From: a virus
DNA: 64,000 nucleotides
Virus record (IMG/VR): IMGVR_UViG_3300037042_003896
Span: 1-64,000 of that record
Strand: one strand, 5' to 3'
In this document: positions 9,804 through 19,551 of the stretch, piece by piece
Position numbering within the stretch: the stretch's first letter is position 1
Layout of the letters: the number at the start of each line of letters is the position of its first letter
Translations under genes and position numbers: made by a program
The notes under the pieces: model-generated
Database searches by the model: none
Told to the model about the DNA's origin: nothing
The model's input: the letters and a program-made list of their open reading frames with translations, nothing else

Positions 9804-10183
9804 TACATTTTGCAGGACATACAGCTCCTTACGTTCTTTGTGGAGATACAACTGTATTTACTCTTCATAATCCTATGAAGGTAGTTGGTATTGGTAAAGA
9901 AAAAGGTAGGTGTTATGAATATCTTCCTTTTATGACTACTAATGTCAAAGAAGCTGATGAAATTATGAATGATCAGGCATTTGATTTTCTTCAATTAGAT
10001 GAGCAATATGCATTAAATGAATTAGCAACTCTTAAAATAAGAGTGGCAGAAGGATTTACTGCTGAAACTACAAAATATCAGTTTAATCTTCCTGCAATTT
10101 CTACTATGGAAATCAATAGTATCATAGATTCATTAGACGCTATGAAAAATGAAATCAGTAATAGGATTAGTATTCTTGACTAA
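9804..10183 (+). CDS. rIIB: rIIB-like protein, exon 2 (spliced product about 471 aa)
   Basis: (L)HFAGHTAPY...NPMKVVGI..KGRCYEY, in frame with the track ORF at 9875. Confidence 0.8.
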
Positions 10184-10190
10184 ATAATTA

Positions 10191-10239
10191 AGTGACGTCC
10201 TAAATTTTGTAATTTTGGGGCGTCACTAATTTTATTTTT
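10191..10239 (+). terminator. Intrinsic terminator-like hairpin
   Basis: AGTGACGTCC...GGGCGTCACT plus T-rich tail. Confidence 0.6.
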
Positions 10240-10641
10240 ATGGAAAAGAAAGTATTAAAAACAAAAACAACTATTATATCTAAAAAGAAAAAAATAGTAG
10301 AGAAACCTTTTGCAGACGGAACATTAAGTAACGCTGCTTTTTTTAGTTTAATAAGAAGTGCTTTACGACAAAAAAGTAGATGGTTTTTACCTATAAAAAA
10401 CTGTAAAGAACGTCAAAAAATTCCTTATGTAGGTACTAATAAACGTAGAAGGTGGATGTATAAATGTGAAGGTTGTAATAAGTTATTCGATTCAAAAGAA
10501 GTCAATGTACATCACTCAATAGAGTGTGGTGAATTAAATTCATTTGAAGATTTACCTGGATTTGTACAAAGATTATTCTGTAATAGTAAAGATTTAAAAC
10601 TAGTATGTTCAACCTGCCACGATAGAGAACATGGAAGATAA
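10240..10641 (+). CDS. HNH-family nuclease with Zn-binding cysteines
   Basis: IRSALR, YKCEGC, VNVHH, LVCSTCH. Confidence 0.75.
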   Translation: MEKKVLKTKTTIISKKKKIVEKPFADGTLSNAAFFSLIRSALRQKSRWFLPIKNCKERQKIPYVGTNKRRRWMYKCEGCNKLFDSKEVNVHHSIECGELNSFEDLPGFVQRLFCNSKDLKLVCSTCHDREHGR

Positions 10642-11356
10642 ATTATTAACTCTCTATTTAAAAGAAAGTCCTTTAGGTTTAAGATATTTAGGTATAACTT
10701 CTAGGAAAAATCCCTATAAGTATAAAGGAAGTGGTGTATATTGGAAAAAACATTTAACTCATCATAACTTTTCTTACATTGATATAAAAACAATTATTTT
10801 ATATCAAACTTATTCTAAAGAAAAACTTAAAGAAAAAGGACTTTTTTATTCAAAATTATATAACATAGTAGAATCTAAAAAATTTGCAAACTTATGTTAT
10901 GAATCGGGAGAGTGTAGTACGTTAGGGTATATTCCTACAGAAGAAACTAAAAGCAAATATTTACCTAAAATTTCACACAAGGTAAGAAGATTGGAAGATA
11001 ATAGAGTCTTTAATTCTGTAAATGAAGCTGCTAGAGAATCTAAAATGTATCCTAGTCATGTTAGACATAGATTAAATTTATATGATTTAACAATAGGATT
11101 TGTGTATGTTGATCAAAAATTAGTACAAAAAGCTATTACTAATAAAACTAAATTACACATTGAACAAAATCTTAGAAAAAGAAAAAATATATCTAAGAAT
11201 AGCAGTTATGTGGGTGTTTCATGGGATAAAGAAAAAAACAAATGGTTATCCCAGATAAGAATAAATAAAAAGAAAGTATTTTTAGGTAGATATAGTTTAG
11301 AAATAGATGCTTACAATGCTTATCAACAAAAGTTAAAAGAAGTAATAATAATTTAA
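10631..11356 (+). CDS. Seg-like GIY-YIG homing endonuclease with C-terminal AP2 domain
   Basis: LYLK..LGLRYLG..YKGSG; SSYVGVSWDKEKNKW..QI...FLGRY..E.DA..AY. Confidence 0.75.
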   Translation: MEDKLLTLYLKESPLGLRYLGITSRKNPYKYKGSGVYWKKHLTHHNFSYIDIKTIILYQTYSKEKLKEKGLFYSKLYNIVESKKFANLCYESGECSTLGYIPTEETKSKYLPKISHKVRRLEDNRVFNSVNEAARESKMYPSHVRHRLNLYDLTIGFVYVDQKLVQKAITNKTKLHIEQNLRKRKNISKNSSYVGVSWDKEKNKWLSQIRINKKKVFLGRYSLEIDAYNAYQQKLKEVIII

Positions 11357-11372
11357 AACTAAAGCTAGAGAG

Positions 11373-11555
11373 ATGAAAAATCAAAAAAACTATAGATACA
11401 TAATATCCTTCTCTGAAGGAGCATATTGTATATTTGATAGATGGAATAGTGTAGCGGTACGTATTGGTAAGCTTAACACAATGATAGGTTTATTTAAGTT
11501 CGCATCACTGGTGCTATATTACACAATGTTCTACGATGTTAAATTTATAAAATAA
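11373..11555 (+). CDS. Small hypothetical protein
   Basis: ORF fills the gap between genes. Confidence 0.35.
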   Translation: MKNQKNYRYIISFSEGAYCIFDRWNSVAVRIGKLNTMIGLFKFASLVLYYTMFYDVKFIK

Positions 11556-11565
11556 GGAGGAAATA

Positions 11566-11805
11566 ATGGAAAATATTTCATATTCAGAAAAAAAGACAGG
11601 TTGGTTAGCAGGAGAAGAAATATCTACTATTGAAGAACTATTAGAAGAAGATATTGAATATTCAAATAGTGATGATTTAGTAGAATCTTGTACATCTTTA
11701 ATTTATAATAGCTCGCATCTTTATGCAAAAATAAAAAATAAAGATTTGAATGACGCGATAATTCAATTAGAAGGTGCAAAACGATCATTAATATTAACAC
11801 AATGA
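11566..11805 (+). CDS. Hypothetical protein
   Basis: ORF preceded by AAGGAGG. Confidence 0.55.
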   Translation: MENISYSEKKTGWLAGEEISTIEELLEEDIEYSNSDDLVESCTSLIYNSSHLYAKIKNKDLNDAIIQLEGAKRSLILTQ

Positions 11806-12065
11806 AAAAAGTTAATAGAACTGATTTATTAGATGGTTGGTTGAAATATCATAATACCAATTGTAAAGAAGTGATTGCTAAATATCCTGAAGAGATAAAA
11901 GAACCTACGTGGTTTGATTTATTTCCTGTTACACAAGAACAGCACGATGAATGGGTTATTTGGGCAAAAACTTATACTAAAGATGTCACCAAACTTTCTA
12001 AAAAACTTATTGATAAATATTGGGGATTTATCTATTTAGACACATCACCAACAATTAAACTTTAA
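11802..12065 (+). CDS. Hypothetical phage protein
   Basis: Overlapping start; Trp-rich (TQEQHDEW..W). Confidence 0.6.
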   Translation: MKKVNRTDLLDGWLKYHNTNCKEVIAKYPEEIKEPTWFDLFPVTQEQHDEWVIWAKTYTKDVTKLSKKLIDKYWGFIYLDTSPTIKL

Positions 12066-12076
12066 AACCAAAAAAT

Positions 12077-13123
12077 ATGATAACAGGAACAATAAAAACA
12101 GAAGCAGATTATCGTGCTATTATTATGGATAGTAGCTCAAGTCTTAAAGACTTTTCTTTAGATAGAAAGAAATATTATCGTAAATACATTCTTTCAGAAT
12201 CAGTTGAAGATAAAGATACACAAGCTGCAGTTATGGGACGTGTGGTAGAAACATTATTGTTAGAACCAGAACTATTTGATAGTAGATTTTATATGTCAGC
12301 CTGTGCAAGTAGTCCTACAGGATTAATGCTTGAATTTGTAGAAGCATTATATAGAGCAACAAAAGATGCTACAGATGAATATGGAAATGTTACAAAATCA
12401 TTTGAAGATATGTCTAAAGAGGCATATGTAGAAAGTGGATTTAAAATTAAATATGAAGCTGTTATTGGCAAATTTATAGGTAGTGATTCTGAAATCTTTT
12501 ATAATGAACTTCGTCAGGTGAGAGCAAATAATCTCACTGTAGTAACTGTACAGGATATTACAAATGCTGAACGAATAGTAGAGGATTTAAAGACAAATAA
12601 TGTCACTAAGGATATTGTAAATCTTGTAACTAGCAGTCGTTGGGAAATTAGAAATCAATTTCAAATAGAAGGTTATGAAGTAGATGATCATTCGTTTAAG
12701 TCTATGATGGATAAAATAATTATAGACCATACAGAAAGGACTATCCAAGTATATGACCTTAAATGTGTGTGGGCGGTAGAAGGATTTTATGAAGAATATT
12801 ATCTATATCGTAGAGCATATATTCAAGCATTCTTATATTATCGTGCAGCTAATGATATGGCAAAAGAAGGTGAATTATTTGGTTATTTTGTATATCCTCC
12901 TAAATTCATTGTTTGTGATAGCACTAATTATTTTAATCCTTTGATTTATACTCTTAGTGTTGGTGACCTTACAGAAGCTTATAATGGATTTGAACATAAA
13001 GGAAGACAATATCCTGGTGTTAAAGAACTTATAAGTAATCTCGATTGGGCTCTTTCAACCAATACATGGAATATGTCAAGACAAAACTATATGTCTAACG
13101 GACTTGTCCCACTAAAAAGCTAA
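12077..13123 (+). CDS. PD-(D/E)XK exonuclease (RecE/DUF3799-like)
   Basis: SSSSLKDF, G.VVE.LLLEP, FKSMMDK..YDLK, YIQAFLY. Confidence 0.8.
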   Translation: MITGTIKTEADYRAIIMDSSSSLKDFSLDRKKYYRKYILSESVEDKDTQAAVMGRVVETLLLEPELFDSRFYMSACASSPTGLMLEFVEALYRATKDATDEYGNVTKSFEDMSKEAYVESGFKIKYEAVIGKFIGSDSEIFYNELRQVRANNLTVVTVQDITNAERIVEDLKTNNVTKDIVNLVTSSRWEIRNQFQIEGYEVDDHSFKSMMDKIIIDHTERTIQVYDLKCVWAVEGFYEEYYLYRRAYIQAFLYYRAANDMAKEGELFGYFVYPPKFIVCDSTNYFNPLIYTLSVGDLTEAYNGFEHKGRQYPGVKELISNLDWALSTNTWNMSRQNYMSNGLVPLKS

Positions 13124-13124
13124 T

Positions 13125-13679
13125 ATGGAAGTAAAAAAGACAATAACTAGTATATTTATGATTCCTACATTAAAGATTCCCAAAGACGCTTTAAAGGATA
13201 ATGGATTTCTCAATGGTTTTGTCAAAGATGAGATGAGAGATATACAGTATGAGAATTCTGTATATCTTTTATTTCGTCCTCAAGATCTTGATAAATTTAG
13301 GGAATTTTTAGATAATGAATATGAGCGAACTAAAGATATTATAGAAGATTACGATTATCCAAATGGATTTATTGTAGTTGTATATAAATTAAATATGAAA
13401 TTTGCTTTAGATTTTAGACTTATCAGACAAGGTAAATATTCAAAAACTTCTAATGAATTTCAAATTGAATTTCCAAAAGTGGTTAAACTTATAAAAAATG
13501 GTTTACACAGAGATGAAATTTCTTTACAATATCGTGTATTTAAGAAAACAGAAGATCTTGTGAAATTTTGGGAAGATAAATTTGATGTAACTTTTTCTGA
13601 TGAGCAAGAAGTATGGAATGGGTTTGAAGAAACTCATGAAACGTTAACCTTAACTAAACTAGAAGAATATGTACAATGA
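13125..13679 (+). CDS. Conserved crAss-like hypothetical protein
   Basis: FMIP..., YLLF, GKYSKTS; operon context. Confidence 0.6.
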   Translation: MEVKKTITSIFMIPTLKIPKDALKDNGFLNGFVKDEMRDIQYENSVYLLFRPQDLDKFREFLDNEYERTKDIIEDYDYPNGFIVVVYKLNMKFALDFRLIRQGKYSKTSNEFQIEFPKVVKLIKNGLHRDEISLQYRVFKKTEDLVKFWEDKFDVTFSDEQEVWNGFEETHETLTLTKLEEYVQ

Positions 13680-13875
13680 CGGATTATTAGAAAACATGGT
13701 TGAATCCTTTGGAATTCGTGATACTGTTGTATTCTGTGCAATGGTTAGTGCTATGTATGAAGATCTTCACAGAGATTTGTCATTTCATAATGTAGCTATA
13801 TTTTCAGAATATGATTACGAAAGAGAATGGTGGAACAAAAAATATGAACAATTAACTAAAATTATAAAAATATGA
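13669..13875 (+). CDS. Hypothetical protein
   Basis: Packed ORF. Confidence 0.5.
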   Translation: MYNDGLLENMVESFGIRDTVVFCAMVSAMYEDLHRDLSFHNVAIFSEYDYEREWWNKKYEQLTKIIKI

Positions 13876-14258
13876 ACAATTTACTTGAAACATATCCTGC
13901 AGCTACGGAAGTTATTAAAACTTGGTTTGTTGAGAAAATGATTGACTCTCTCAATACAGATAAAGTTCCTGAAGAGTTCAAAGAACATATGCGAAAAGAA
14001 GGTGTAAATAATGATAAATTAGCAATAATGCTTGGGTCCAATCCTCGTATGTTATTTGATGTATTTGATAATTATGGATTATACATTAATATAATTGCCA
14101 CTCCTTTAGAAAATGTTAGTGCTGAATTTTCTTATACAATATTACCAAGAGATTTCGAATTAACAGGACTTACACAATATTCTGATAGAAAGAATGCTGA
14201 AAAAGATGCGGTTATAGATGCATTTAACCTTTTAGACAATAAGCTATGCGACAAATAA
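13872..14258 (+). CDS. Hypothetical protein
   Basis: Packed ORF. Confidence 0.55.
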   Translation: MNNLLETYPAATEVIKTWFVEKMIDSLNTDKVPEEFKEHMRKEGVNNDKLAIMLGSNPRMLFDVFDNYGLYINIIATPLENVSAEFSYTILPRDFELTGLTQYSDRKNAEKDAVIDAFNLLDNKLCDK

Positions 14259-14545
14259 CAGCAGATGCGTATTACGCATTTCGTCATAAGAAACGTTTTA
14301 AAAAAAGTAATACAGAAGTTGCTATAATAAATGGGGAAGCTCATTTATATTTATTTGATAATGAGATAGCTAGAACGGATGATGGAAAAGTGCTTATATC
14401 CAGTGCTGGATATGTAACATCTACCACAAGAGAAAGACTAAATGCATTTCCTGTAAGATTAAGGATAGCTAAAGGAAAATTCATACTTAATGAATGTATG
14501 CAATGGGATGGTAAGTGGATAAATGTTGGTGATACATATGTTTAA
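14246..14545 (+). CDS. Hypothetical phage protein
   Basis: SNTEV..LYLFDNEIA..GY.TSTTRERLNA pattern. Confidence 0.55.
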   Translation: MRQITADAYYAFRHKKRFKKSNTEVAIINGEAHLYLFDNEIARTDDGKVLISSAGYVTSTTRERLNAFPVRLRIAKGKFILNECMQWDGKWINVGDTYV

Positions 14546-14861
14546 TATGGAAAAAGAAGGACAAAAATGGAGTGATGATAAACTTCCTATGTATACAGTG
14601 TTATTTGAACAATTTCCAAATGCAATAAAGGAAGTTGTGAAATGTTCACAGGCAGGACATAAAAAATATCCACACGATATAGATTGGATGAATTTTAAAA
14701 GAGTGAAAGATGCTGAATTTCAATATAAAAATGCTGCACTTAGACATCTTAGTCAAAAAGGAATAAGTGAAGATATGTTGCTTTATGGAGAAATTACACA
14801 TGAAGCACAAGCAATTTGGAATTTATTAGCTTCTTTAGAAATTCAATTATCATCAAAATAG
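14538..14861 (+). CDS. DUF5664 dATP/dGTP diphosphohydrolase-like protein
   Basis: G.KW.DDKL, A..EVV...GHKKY...NF, Y.NAALRHL, HEAQA.WN.L. Confidence 0.75.
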   Translation: MFNMEKEGQKWSDDKLPMYTVLFEQFPNAIKEVVKCSQAGHKKYPHDIDWMNFKRVKDAEFQYKNAALRHLSQKGISEDMLLYGEITHEAQAIWNLLASLEIQLSSK

Positions 14862-14893
14862 TTAACTTAAATTTTTGCAAAAACTTGGTTGAT

Positions 14894-14925
14894 AAAAGGG
14901 AGTGAATTATCTTTACTCCCTTTTT
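14894..14925 (+). terminator. Hairpin/terminator upstream of RNR
   Basis: AAAAGGGAGT...ACTCCCTTTTT. Confidence 0.55.
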
Positions 14926-14951
14926 ACTTCTAACAAAAAATAACAAAACTT

Positions 14952-16898
14952 ATGGACAAAGGCTTACAGAATTTATCTGAGATAACGGTTTTTAGCAAAT
15001 ACGCAAAGTATAATCCATCGCTTATGCGTAGAGAAACATGGGATGAAATAGTGGATAGATATCAGGATATGATGATTAAACAATATCCTAAATTAAAAGA
15101 TGGAATATTATCAAGCACTTCTTTTATTAGAAATAAAAAAGTGTTACCCTCAATGAGAGCTCTTCAGTTTGCTGGTCCAGCTGCTGAAGTCAATCATTCA
15201 AGAATATATAATTGTTGTTACTTACCAATTGATAGTGCTTATAGTTTTTCAGAAACTATGTTCTTATTATTGGGTGGAACAGGAGTTGGTTATTCTGTAC
15301 AAAAACATCACATTGAACAATTGCCTCCTATTAAAAAAAGTCTTACATATAAGCACAGACATTGGCTTATAGAAGATAGTATAATGGGATGGGCAGACGC
15401 TGTTAAAGTGTTAATGAAATTCTATTTTGAAGGTGGACTAAAACCAAGTTTTGATTTCAGAGCAATTCGTGTTAAGGGAGCAAAATTAGTAACAGCAGGA
15501 GGTAAAGCTCCTGGTCCTGAACCTTTAAAGATTTGTCTTACACATATTGATGCTATTCTTGAACGAAAACAAGATGGAGAAAAACTTTCCTCTTTAGATT
15601 GTCACGACATTCTTTGTCATATTGCAAATTCTGTATTAGCAGGAGGAATTCGTAGAAGTGCTATGATTTCTTTATTTAGTCATGATGATGAAGAAATGAT
15701 TACCTGTAAATATGGAAATTGGTGGGAATTAAATGAGCAACGAGGAAGAGCCAATAATTCAGTTGTTCTCGAAAGGGATAAAATTTCTGAAGAAGAATTT
15801 AAAAGTCTTTGGAATAGGGTTGAATTATCTGGATCTGGAGAACCTGGAATTTATTGGACTAATAATGTGGATTGGGGAACTAATCCTTGTGCAGAAATTG
15901 CATTACGTCCATATCAATTCTGTAATCTTTGCGAAATTAATGTAGATAATATTGAAAACCAACAAGATCTTAATGATCGTGTAAGTGTAGCTGCATTCTT
16001 TGGAACTTTACAGGCAGGATTTACAGATTTTCATTATCTACGACCTATATGGCAGAAAACAACTCAAAAAGATGCTTTATTAGGAATAGGTATGACAGGA
16101 ATTGGTAGTGGTGAGATTTTAAAATATAATCTTGAAGCTGCTGCCAATATAGCAAAACTAACTAATATACTCATTTCACAAATGATTGGTATAAATGAAG
16201 CAGCAAGAGTTACTACAATTAAACCTTCAGGAACAACTTCTTTAGTCTTGGGTACAGCAAGTGGAATTCATGCATGGCACAATGATTATTATCTACGTAC
16301 AATGCGGTTTAATAAAAATGAAGATATTGCTACCTATCTTATGTTAAATCATCCAGAGATATGTGAAGATGATGTTCTTCGTCCTACAGATACATTATGT
16401 GTACGAATTCCTGTTAAAGCTCCTGAAGGTTCTATATTAAGAACTGAAACAGCTCTTGATACATTAGAGCGTGTTAAAAAGTTCTCTCAAGAATGGATTA
16501 AACCAGGACATATAAGTGGTGATAATACTCATAATGTTTCTGCTACAATTTCTATTGATAAAAATAGAACATATAAATCTGAATTTACTTTTGGAACATT
16601 TGATGTATCTCCACTTGGAAAAGGTTTTGAACCTATAACAGAACAAGAATGTAACGAATGGGAACATGTAGGAAATTGGATGTGGGAGAATAGAAATGTA
16701 TATAATGGTCTTAGTGTGCTCCCTTATTTTGGAGGAAGTTATGTTCAAGCACCTTTTTCTAACATTACTGAAGAGGAATATAATGAAAGAATTAAAAATC
16801 TTAAGTTAATAGATTTACGTAATGTAATAGAAATTGATGATAACGTTGAGTTCAGTCAAACAACTGCCTGCAGTGGAGGAAGTTGTACGTTGGAATAA
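14952..16898 (+). CDS. nrdJ: Class II (B12-dependent) ribonucleotide reductase
   Basis: YNCCY, GGIRRSA, TNPCAEI..FCNL.E, TTIKPSGT, C-terminal CSGGSC; no beta-subunit gene nearby. Confidence 0.92.
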   Translation: MDKGLQNLSEITVFSKYAKYNPSLMRRETWDEIVDRYQDMMIKQYPKLKDGILSSTSFIRNKKVLPSMRALQFAGPAAEVNHSRIYNCCYLPIDSAYSFSETMFLLLGGTGVGYSVQKHHIEQLPPIKKSLTYKHRHWLIEDSIMGWADAVKVLMKFYFEGGLKPSFDFRAIRVKGAKLVTAGGKAPGPEPLKICLTHIDAILERKQDGEKLSSLDCHDILCHIANSVLAGGIRRSAMISLFSHDDEEMITCKYGNWWELNEQRGRANNSVVLERDKISEEEFKSLWNRVELSGSGEPGIYWTNNVDWGTNPCAEIALRPYQFCNLCEINVDNIENQQDLNDRVSVAAFFGTLQAGFTDFHYLRPIWQKTTQKDALLGIGMTGIGSGEILKYNLEAAANIAKLTNILISQMIGINEAARVTTIKPSGTTSLVLGTASGIHAWHNDYYLRTMRFNKNEDIATYLMLNHPEICEDDVLRPTDTLCVRIPVKAPEGSILRTETALDTLERVKKFSQEWIKPGHISGDNTHNVSATISIDKNRTYKSEFTFGTFDVSPLGKGFEPITEQECNEWEHVGNWMWENRNVYNGLSVLPYFGGSYVQAPFSNITEEEYNERIKNLKLIDLRNVIEIDDNVEFSQTTACSGGSCTLE

Positions 16899-16958
16899 TA
16901 TCTACAAAGGTTAACAATTTATTAACAAATCTTCCTTTGAAGATATTATTATTATATA

Positions 16959-16966
16959 TATATTTG
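16959..16966 (+). promoter_or_regulatory. -7 box before the HNH gene
   Basis: TATATTTG followed by C; 5 nt before the ATG. Confidence 0.55.
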
Positions 16967-16971
16967 CAAAC

Positions 16972-17481
16972 ATGAAAACATATAAACATATTTGCAAATT
17001 ATGTAACGCTGAAATTGAATATCAGAGTTATAAATCTTATTGGACAGCTAAAAATAGAAACGGAATGTGTAAATCTTGTAGATCTACATTAGCTAATAAA
17101 AGTTCTAAAAGAAATGCTAAACGAGAAAAAAATAGTCAATGGAAGGGGTATGAAGAAATCCCATATAGTTGGTTTAGTAAATATTTTGAAAAAGCTAATA
17201 AGAAAACTAACAATAAAAGAACTGGAGACATAACTATTCAAGATGCACATGCTCTTTGGATAAAGCAAAATAAAAAATGTGCACTCTCAGGAATATCTAT
17301 TGGATTTTATGATGATGGTACCACACATACTTGTTCTATAGATAGAATTGATAGTTTAAAAGAATATACTCTAGATAATATTCAACTTGTTCATAAAGAC
17401 ATCAATATTATGAAAAATAAATTTGATGTTAAATATTTTATAAATACATGTAAATTAATTGCTACATGTAGTATAGAATAA
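16972..17481 (+). CDS. Free-standing HNH-type homing endonuclease with Zn ribbon
   Basis: CKLC..CKSC; KCALSG, SIDRIDS..YTLDNIQLV...N.MK. Confidence 0.8.
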   Translation: MKTYKHICKLCNAEIEYQSYKSYWTAKNRNGMCKSCRSTLANKSSKRNAKREKNSQWKGYEEIPYSWFSKYFEKANKKTNNKRTGDITIQDAHALWIKQNKKCALSGISIGFYDDGTTHTCSIDRIDSLKEYTLDNIQLVHKDINIMKNKFDVKYFINTCKLIATCSIE

Positions 17482-17503
17482 ATATTTGTTTTGTTTTGTT
17501 GTG

Positions 17504-17541
17504 GAAATGAGCCTCAGAATTTTTTCTGGGGCTTCATTTTT
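17504..17541 (+). terminator. Intrinsic terminator-like hairpin
   Basis: GAAATGAGCCTCAGA...TCTGGGGCTTCATTTTT. Confidence 0.55.
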
Positions 17542-17565
17542 CTTTCAAAACTGACAAAAAAGTGT

Positions 17566-17573
17566 TAACTTTG
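17566..17573 (+). promoter_or_regulatory. -7 box before recA
   Basis: TAACTTTG after a terminator. Confidence 0.6.
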
Positions 17574-17588
17574 TATAAAACTAACAAT

Positions 17589-18644
17589 ATGGCAAAACAA
17601 AAAGAGAATTTAGAAAACAAAAACAGCAAGTTTCAAGCTGCATTAGATAAGTTAAATAAGACTTATGGGGTTGGAACTATTTTAGCATTAGATTCAAAGT
17701 CTAATAATAACTATGATGTTATTAGTACAGGAAGTATTGGGTTTGATTATGTAACTTTAGGTGTTGGAGGATTTGTAAAAGGAAAAATGTATGAATTGAT
17801 GGGATGGGAAGGTACAGGAAAATCAACAATATGTGGACATGTAGCTGCAGAATGTCAAAAGAAAGGTGGAACAGTGCTATATATAGATGGTGAACATGCT
17901 GTAGACAAACAGTATTTTCAACAACTTGGTGTAGATACCACTAAAATGTTAATTGCTCAACCTAGTTGTGGAGAAGAAGGATTTAATGTTGCTATGGAAA
18001 TGATTAATACTGGCGATATTGATCTTATAATTATTGATAGTGATAGTTCATTGATTCCTAAAAAGATGTTAGATGGGGAGGTGGGTGATAGTACCATTGG
18101 TAGAAAAGCATTATTAAATAGTAATGCCTATCCAAAACTGAAAAGTGCTCTTTCACAACACAATGTTTGTGTAATTGTAATTAGTCAATATCGTGAAAAG
18201 ATTGGTATTATGTTTGGTAATCCTACAACTACACAAGGAGGACATGCTTTAAAATTCTACACAGACTGTAGAATTGAAGTGAGCAGGTCTTTAGCTAAAG
18301 ATGGAGATGTAACTTATGGTAATATCACTAAGGTAAAAGCTACTAAGAATAAAATGTCTCCTCCATATAGAATATCACAATTTGATATTGTGTACGGACA
18401 AGGTATTGATAAACTTGGTGAACTTTTACAGCTCTTAAATGATTTTGAAATTGCTAAGAAATGGGGAAAAAGCATTACTGTTGATGAAGTTAAATATGAT
18501 GTTGATGAGTTTAAAACATTAATTTTGGATAATCCAGAATTTTACGAAGAACTCAAACAGAAAATAATCAATAAAATTAAAAATACCACAGATCTTCCAA
18601 TTGAAGAGGTGATTATTGAAATTAATACTATAGATGAATTATGA
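17589..18644 (+). CDS. recA: RecA recombinase
   Basis: ISTGS, GWEGTGKST (Walker A), YIDGEHA, QYREKIGIMFGNP.TT.GGHALKFY, KNK. Confidence 0.95.
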   Translation: MAKQKENLENKNSKFQAALDKLNKTYGVGTILALDSKSNNNYDVISTGSIGFDYVTLGVGGFVKGKMYELMGWEGTGKSTICGHVAAECQKKGGTVLYIDGEHAVDKQYFQQLGVDTTKMLIAQPSCGEEGFNVAMEMINTGDIDLIIIDSDSSLIPKKMLDGEVGDSTIGRKALLNSNAYPKLKSALSQHNVCVIVISQYREKIGIMFGNPTTTQGGHALKFYTDCRIEVSRSLAKDGDVTYGNITKVKATKNKMSPPYRISQFDIVYGQGIDKLGELLQLLNDFEIAKKWGKSITVDEVKYDVDEFKTLILDNPEFYEELKQKIINKIKNTTDLPIEEVIIEINTIDEL

Positions 18645-18856
18645 GTTTAATTACAGGAGTAAGCGATGATGAGTTAAATCTTTTCAAGAAGCAATATCTT
18701 AGTCTTCCAGAACTATTTAGGGAAATAGAAGAAATGCAATCAGAACCATTAGAAAAGGATAATCCTTTTTATAATGGGTGGAAGCATAAACTTAATTTCT
18801 TAATAAATATGTATAACGTCAAGTCAGAATTTAAGAAATTCGAAAAAATACCATGA
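18641..18856 (+). CDS. Hypothetical protein
   Basis: Overlapping start and stop. Confidence 0.55.
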   Translation: MSLITGVSDDELNLFKKQYLSLPELFREIEEMQSEPLEKDNPFYNGWKHKLNFLINMYNVKSEFKKFEKIP

Positions 18857-19254
18857 AAACTTGTAAGATACCAAATTGTACAAATTTTGTTTGGTCAAAA
18901 GGACTATGTAAAAGTCATACAATGGGGAAACCTTTATGTAACACACGAACTGCATTAATCAATAAAATCAAGGTTAATGTAGTTGATATGCTACAAATGT
19001 ATGAGTTCTTTTCATCTATATGGAAAAAACGCAATCACTATTCAGAAATAAGTGGTACATATTTAGGAAAAGATCCGTTAAGTATTTACTTCCATCATAT
19101 ACTTTCTAAAGAAAAATATCCAGAAGCTATATTTGATGAAGAAAATATCGTACTTTTGACACTTGATGAACATGCGGATATTGAAAATAATATGTATAAA
19201 TTTGACGAAATAAACAATCAACGTAATTATTTAAAAACCAAATATGAATTATGA
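18853..19254 (+). CDS. HNH-like (NinG-like) nuclease
   Basis: N-terminal C..C..C..H; SEISG, FHHIL.K.KYP...NIVLLT.DEH. Confidence 0.6.
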   Translation: MKTCKIPNCTNFVWSKGLCKSHTMGKPLCNTRTALINKIKVNVVDMLQMYEFFSSIWKKRNHYSEISGTYLGKDPLSIYFHHILSKEKYPEAIFDEENIVLLTLDEHADIENNMYKFDEINNQRNYLKTKYEL

Positions 19255-19547
19255 AAACTCAATTTTTCTACACTCGTAAAGAGTTAGTATCAGGAGATCC
19301 TGAAAATCCTGTATTTAAAGAGTTCAGGGACAGTTTTAATGTGAGGAAGGTGATTCGTACCCTTGGTATGGATGATGGGCGTCTACTCGTTCTATTGGAT
19401 GATATTCATCAAAGGGCACAAGAAGTTCCTGTTCATAACAAGCAAGGAAAGATTACTTCTTACAAACGTGAAACAAATGTATTTCAAAGTGAAATATATT
19501 TAGAAGTAGAAGACGTTGAACGATTTTACGAAACTGTTTTGACATAA
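19251..19547 (+). CDS. Hypothetical protein
   Basis: Packed ORF. Confidence 0.6.
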   Translation: MKTQFFYTRKELVSGDPENPVFKEFRDSFNVRKVIRTLGMDDGRLLVLLDDIHQRAQEVPVHNKQGKITSYKRETNVFQSEIYLEVEDVERFYETVLT

Positions 19548-19551
19548 AACG

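Noticed and set aside
14862-14951. Cobalamin riboswitch upstream of nrdJ
   Set aside because: The gap is only about 90 nt, with one simple hairpin and no B12 box.
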